42,273 bases of DNA from a virus, in IMG/VR virus record IMGVR_UViG_3300033109_000034, one strand, 5' to 3'. Positions 41,245-42,273 of this stretch are shown in pieces. Both the position numbers and the translations under genes were made by a program. Within the stretch, counting starts at the first letter, position 1. The number at the start of each line of letters is the position of its first letter. Below the pieces are notes generated by a model. That model worked only from the letters and a program-made list of their open reading frames with translations, searched no databases and was not told the DNA's origin.

Positions 41245-41694
41245 ATGTCGATCCAACTGTCGCTCACTATCGATCTGCCGGCGCACGATGTCGCCGCAGA
41301 ATTTATGATCAAGCTCTCGGAGGCGTTTGCGCTGCTCAAGGGGTTGGCGATGCCGGCGCCCAAGGAAGCGCCAGCACCGCGTGCCGTCGAGTCTGTTTCT
41401 ACTCCGGTTATCGAACCGGAGGCGCCGAAGCCTGTTGAGCCGCGCAAGACCCGCGCACCGAAGGCCAAGGCCGAAGACGCGCCTCCGCCCCCAGCCAAGA
41501 CCGCGGAATCCCCGTCACGCGAAACGCTGATTGACGAATTGCGCGCGATGGGCAACGGGCTGATGAACAAGATGGGCGCCGATGTCGTACGGGCCGAACT
41601 CGCTCGCTTTGGCGCCGCGCGCTATCCGGAGCTGAGCGACGACAACGCCGCGAAGCTGCACGCCACGTTCAAGACTCTCATGGCCGCTGCGTGA
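41245..41694 (+). CDS. Hypothetical protein with central Pro/Ala/Lys-rich linker
   Basis: ORF with an SD, positioned between the SNF2 and DUF2800 genes. I recognised no motif. Confidence 0.55.
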   Translation: MSIQLSLTIDLPAHDVAAEFMIKLSEAFALLKGLAMPAPKEAPAPRAVESVSTPVIEPEAPKPVEPRKTRAPKAKAEDAPPPPAKTAESPSRETLIDELRAMGNGLMNKMGADVVRAELARFGAARYPELSDDNAAKLHATFKTLMAAA

Positions 41695-41697
41695 TCT

Positions 41698-42273
41698 ATG
41701 GCCGACACAAAAGTTCATTCGAAGCTTGGTGCATCCAGCGCCAAGCGCTGGCTAGCCTGCCCCGGCAGTGTCGCGCTTTGCGCGGGCATCCCTAGCAAGG
41801 ACTCCAAATATTCGCGAGAGGGCTCTTGTGCCCACGCGATCGCAGAGGATTGCTTGCGCCGCGGTCAACACGCCGCGACGTGGGCCGGCAAAACACACCC
41901 TGAATTCCCTGATATCAAACTGACTCATGAGTTATTGCGGCATGTGCAAACGTACTGCACACACGTCCGCATGCTCAACGGTGCCGATTGTGAAACGCGC
42001 ATCGAGTCTGGTTTTTGGTTGGCGGATATCGACGCCGATCTTTTCGGCACCAATGACGCCATTGTGTTTCAGCGCCGTACCGGCGCGCTGCATGTGCTCG
42101 ACTACAAGCACGGCGCCGGGGTCAAGGTGTTCGCGGAGCGAAACCCACAACTCATGTACTACGGGCTTGGCGCGCTGCTTGAATTTGGCAGCGCCGTGAA
42201 ATCCGTGACGTTGCACGTCGTGCAACCTCGCTGCGGCAACGGCGCTCCGGAATCATGGACGTGCACACCAGCA
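41698..42273 (+). CDS. DUF2800 Cas4-like nuclease, N-terminal part (continues at 1..845)
   Basis: My own translation from ATG 41698: MADTKVHSKLGASSAKRWLACPGSVALCAG...SREGSCAHAIAED...LFGTNDAIVFQ. The frame is open to the window end. It is not in the ORF track because no stop is reached. Confidence 0.8.
   Translation, partial: MADTKVHSKLGASSAKRWLACPGSVALCAGIPSKDSKYSREGSCAHAIAEDCLRRGQHAATWAGKTHPEFPDIKLTHELLRHVQTYCTHVRMLNGADCETRIESGFWLADIDADLFGTNDAIVFQRRTGALHVLDYKHGAGVKVFAERNPQLMYYGLGALLEFGSAVKSVTLHVVQPRCGNGAPESWTCTPA
42035..42273. repeat. Terminal overlap, second copy (identical to 1..239)
   Basis: See 1..239. Confidence 0.95.

Overview
The window is a complete, circularly closed genome of a temperate tailed phage or excised prophage. 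The host is GC-rich and probably proteobacterial, which is inference only. Bases 1-239 are identical to 42035-42273, so the unique length is 42,034 bp and the contig junction falls inside a gene.

Layout:
(i) A rightward early operon starts at a repressor/operator region near 37.7 kb and runs through the junction to about 9.3 kb. It encodes a RuvC-like resolvase, an SNF2 helicase interrupted by an intein, a DUF2800 Cas4-like nuclease, a DUF2815 SSB-like protein, a family A DNA polymerase and a PrimPol-helicase. These are followed by a lysozyme-family/membrane-protein cassette and a metallophosphoesterase.
(ii) A leftward P4-type tyrosine integrase sits next to an attP region. There, three 21-bp arm-type repeats flank a 45-nt 5' half of tRNA-Leu(CAA).
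(iii) Accessory genes lie on both strands at 11.2-15.3 kb. They include a small serine recombinase, a HAD phosphatase and a DUF4326 protein.
(iv) A leftward structural block spans 15.35-32.5 kb. It holds HNH, terS, terL, portal, ClpP-type protease, HK97-fold capsid and head-tail connectors. It also holds a GTA-like tail with a G/GT frameshift, tape measure, duplicated distal tail protein, hub, host-specificity protein and beta-helix fibre.
(v) A mosaic accessory/lysogeny region spans 32.5-37.7 kb. It contains a membrane-anchored HTH protein, tiny membrane proteins, a degenerate HNH_3 protein, a highly regular pentapeptide-repeat protein and a CI-like repressor.

I saw no rRNA, intact tRNA, CRISPR array or transposon.

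The most unusual items are:
- an intein with the class 3 signature that splits the SNF2 P-loop;
- attP carrying the 5' rather than the 3' half of a tRNA;
- a pentapeptide-repeat gene built from 23 near-perfect 15-bp DNA repeats;
- a lysozyme-family protein with C-terminal membrane anchors;
- several accessory operons of unknown function.

All family assignments come from motif recognition by eye. No database search was possible.
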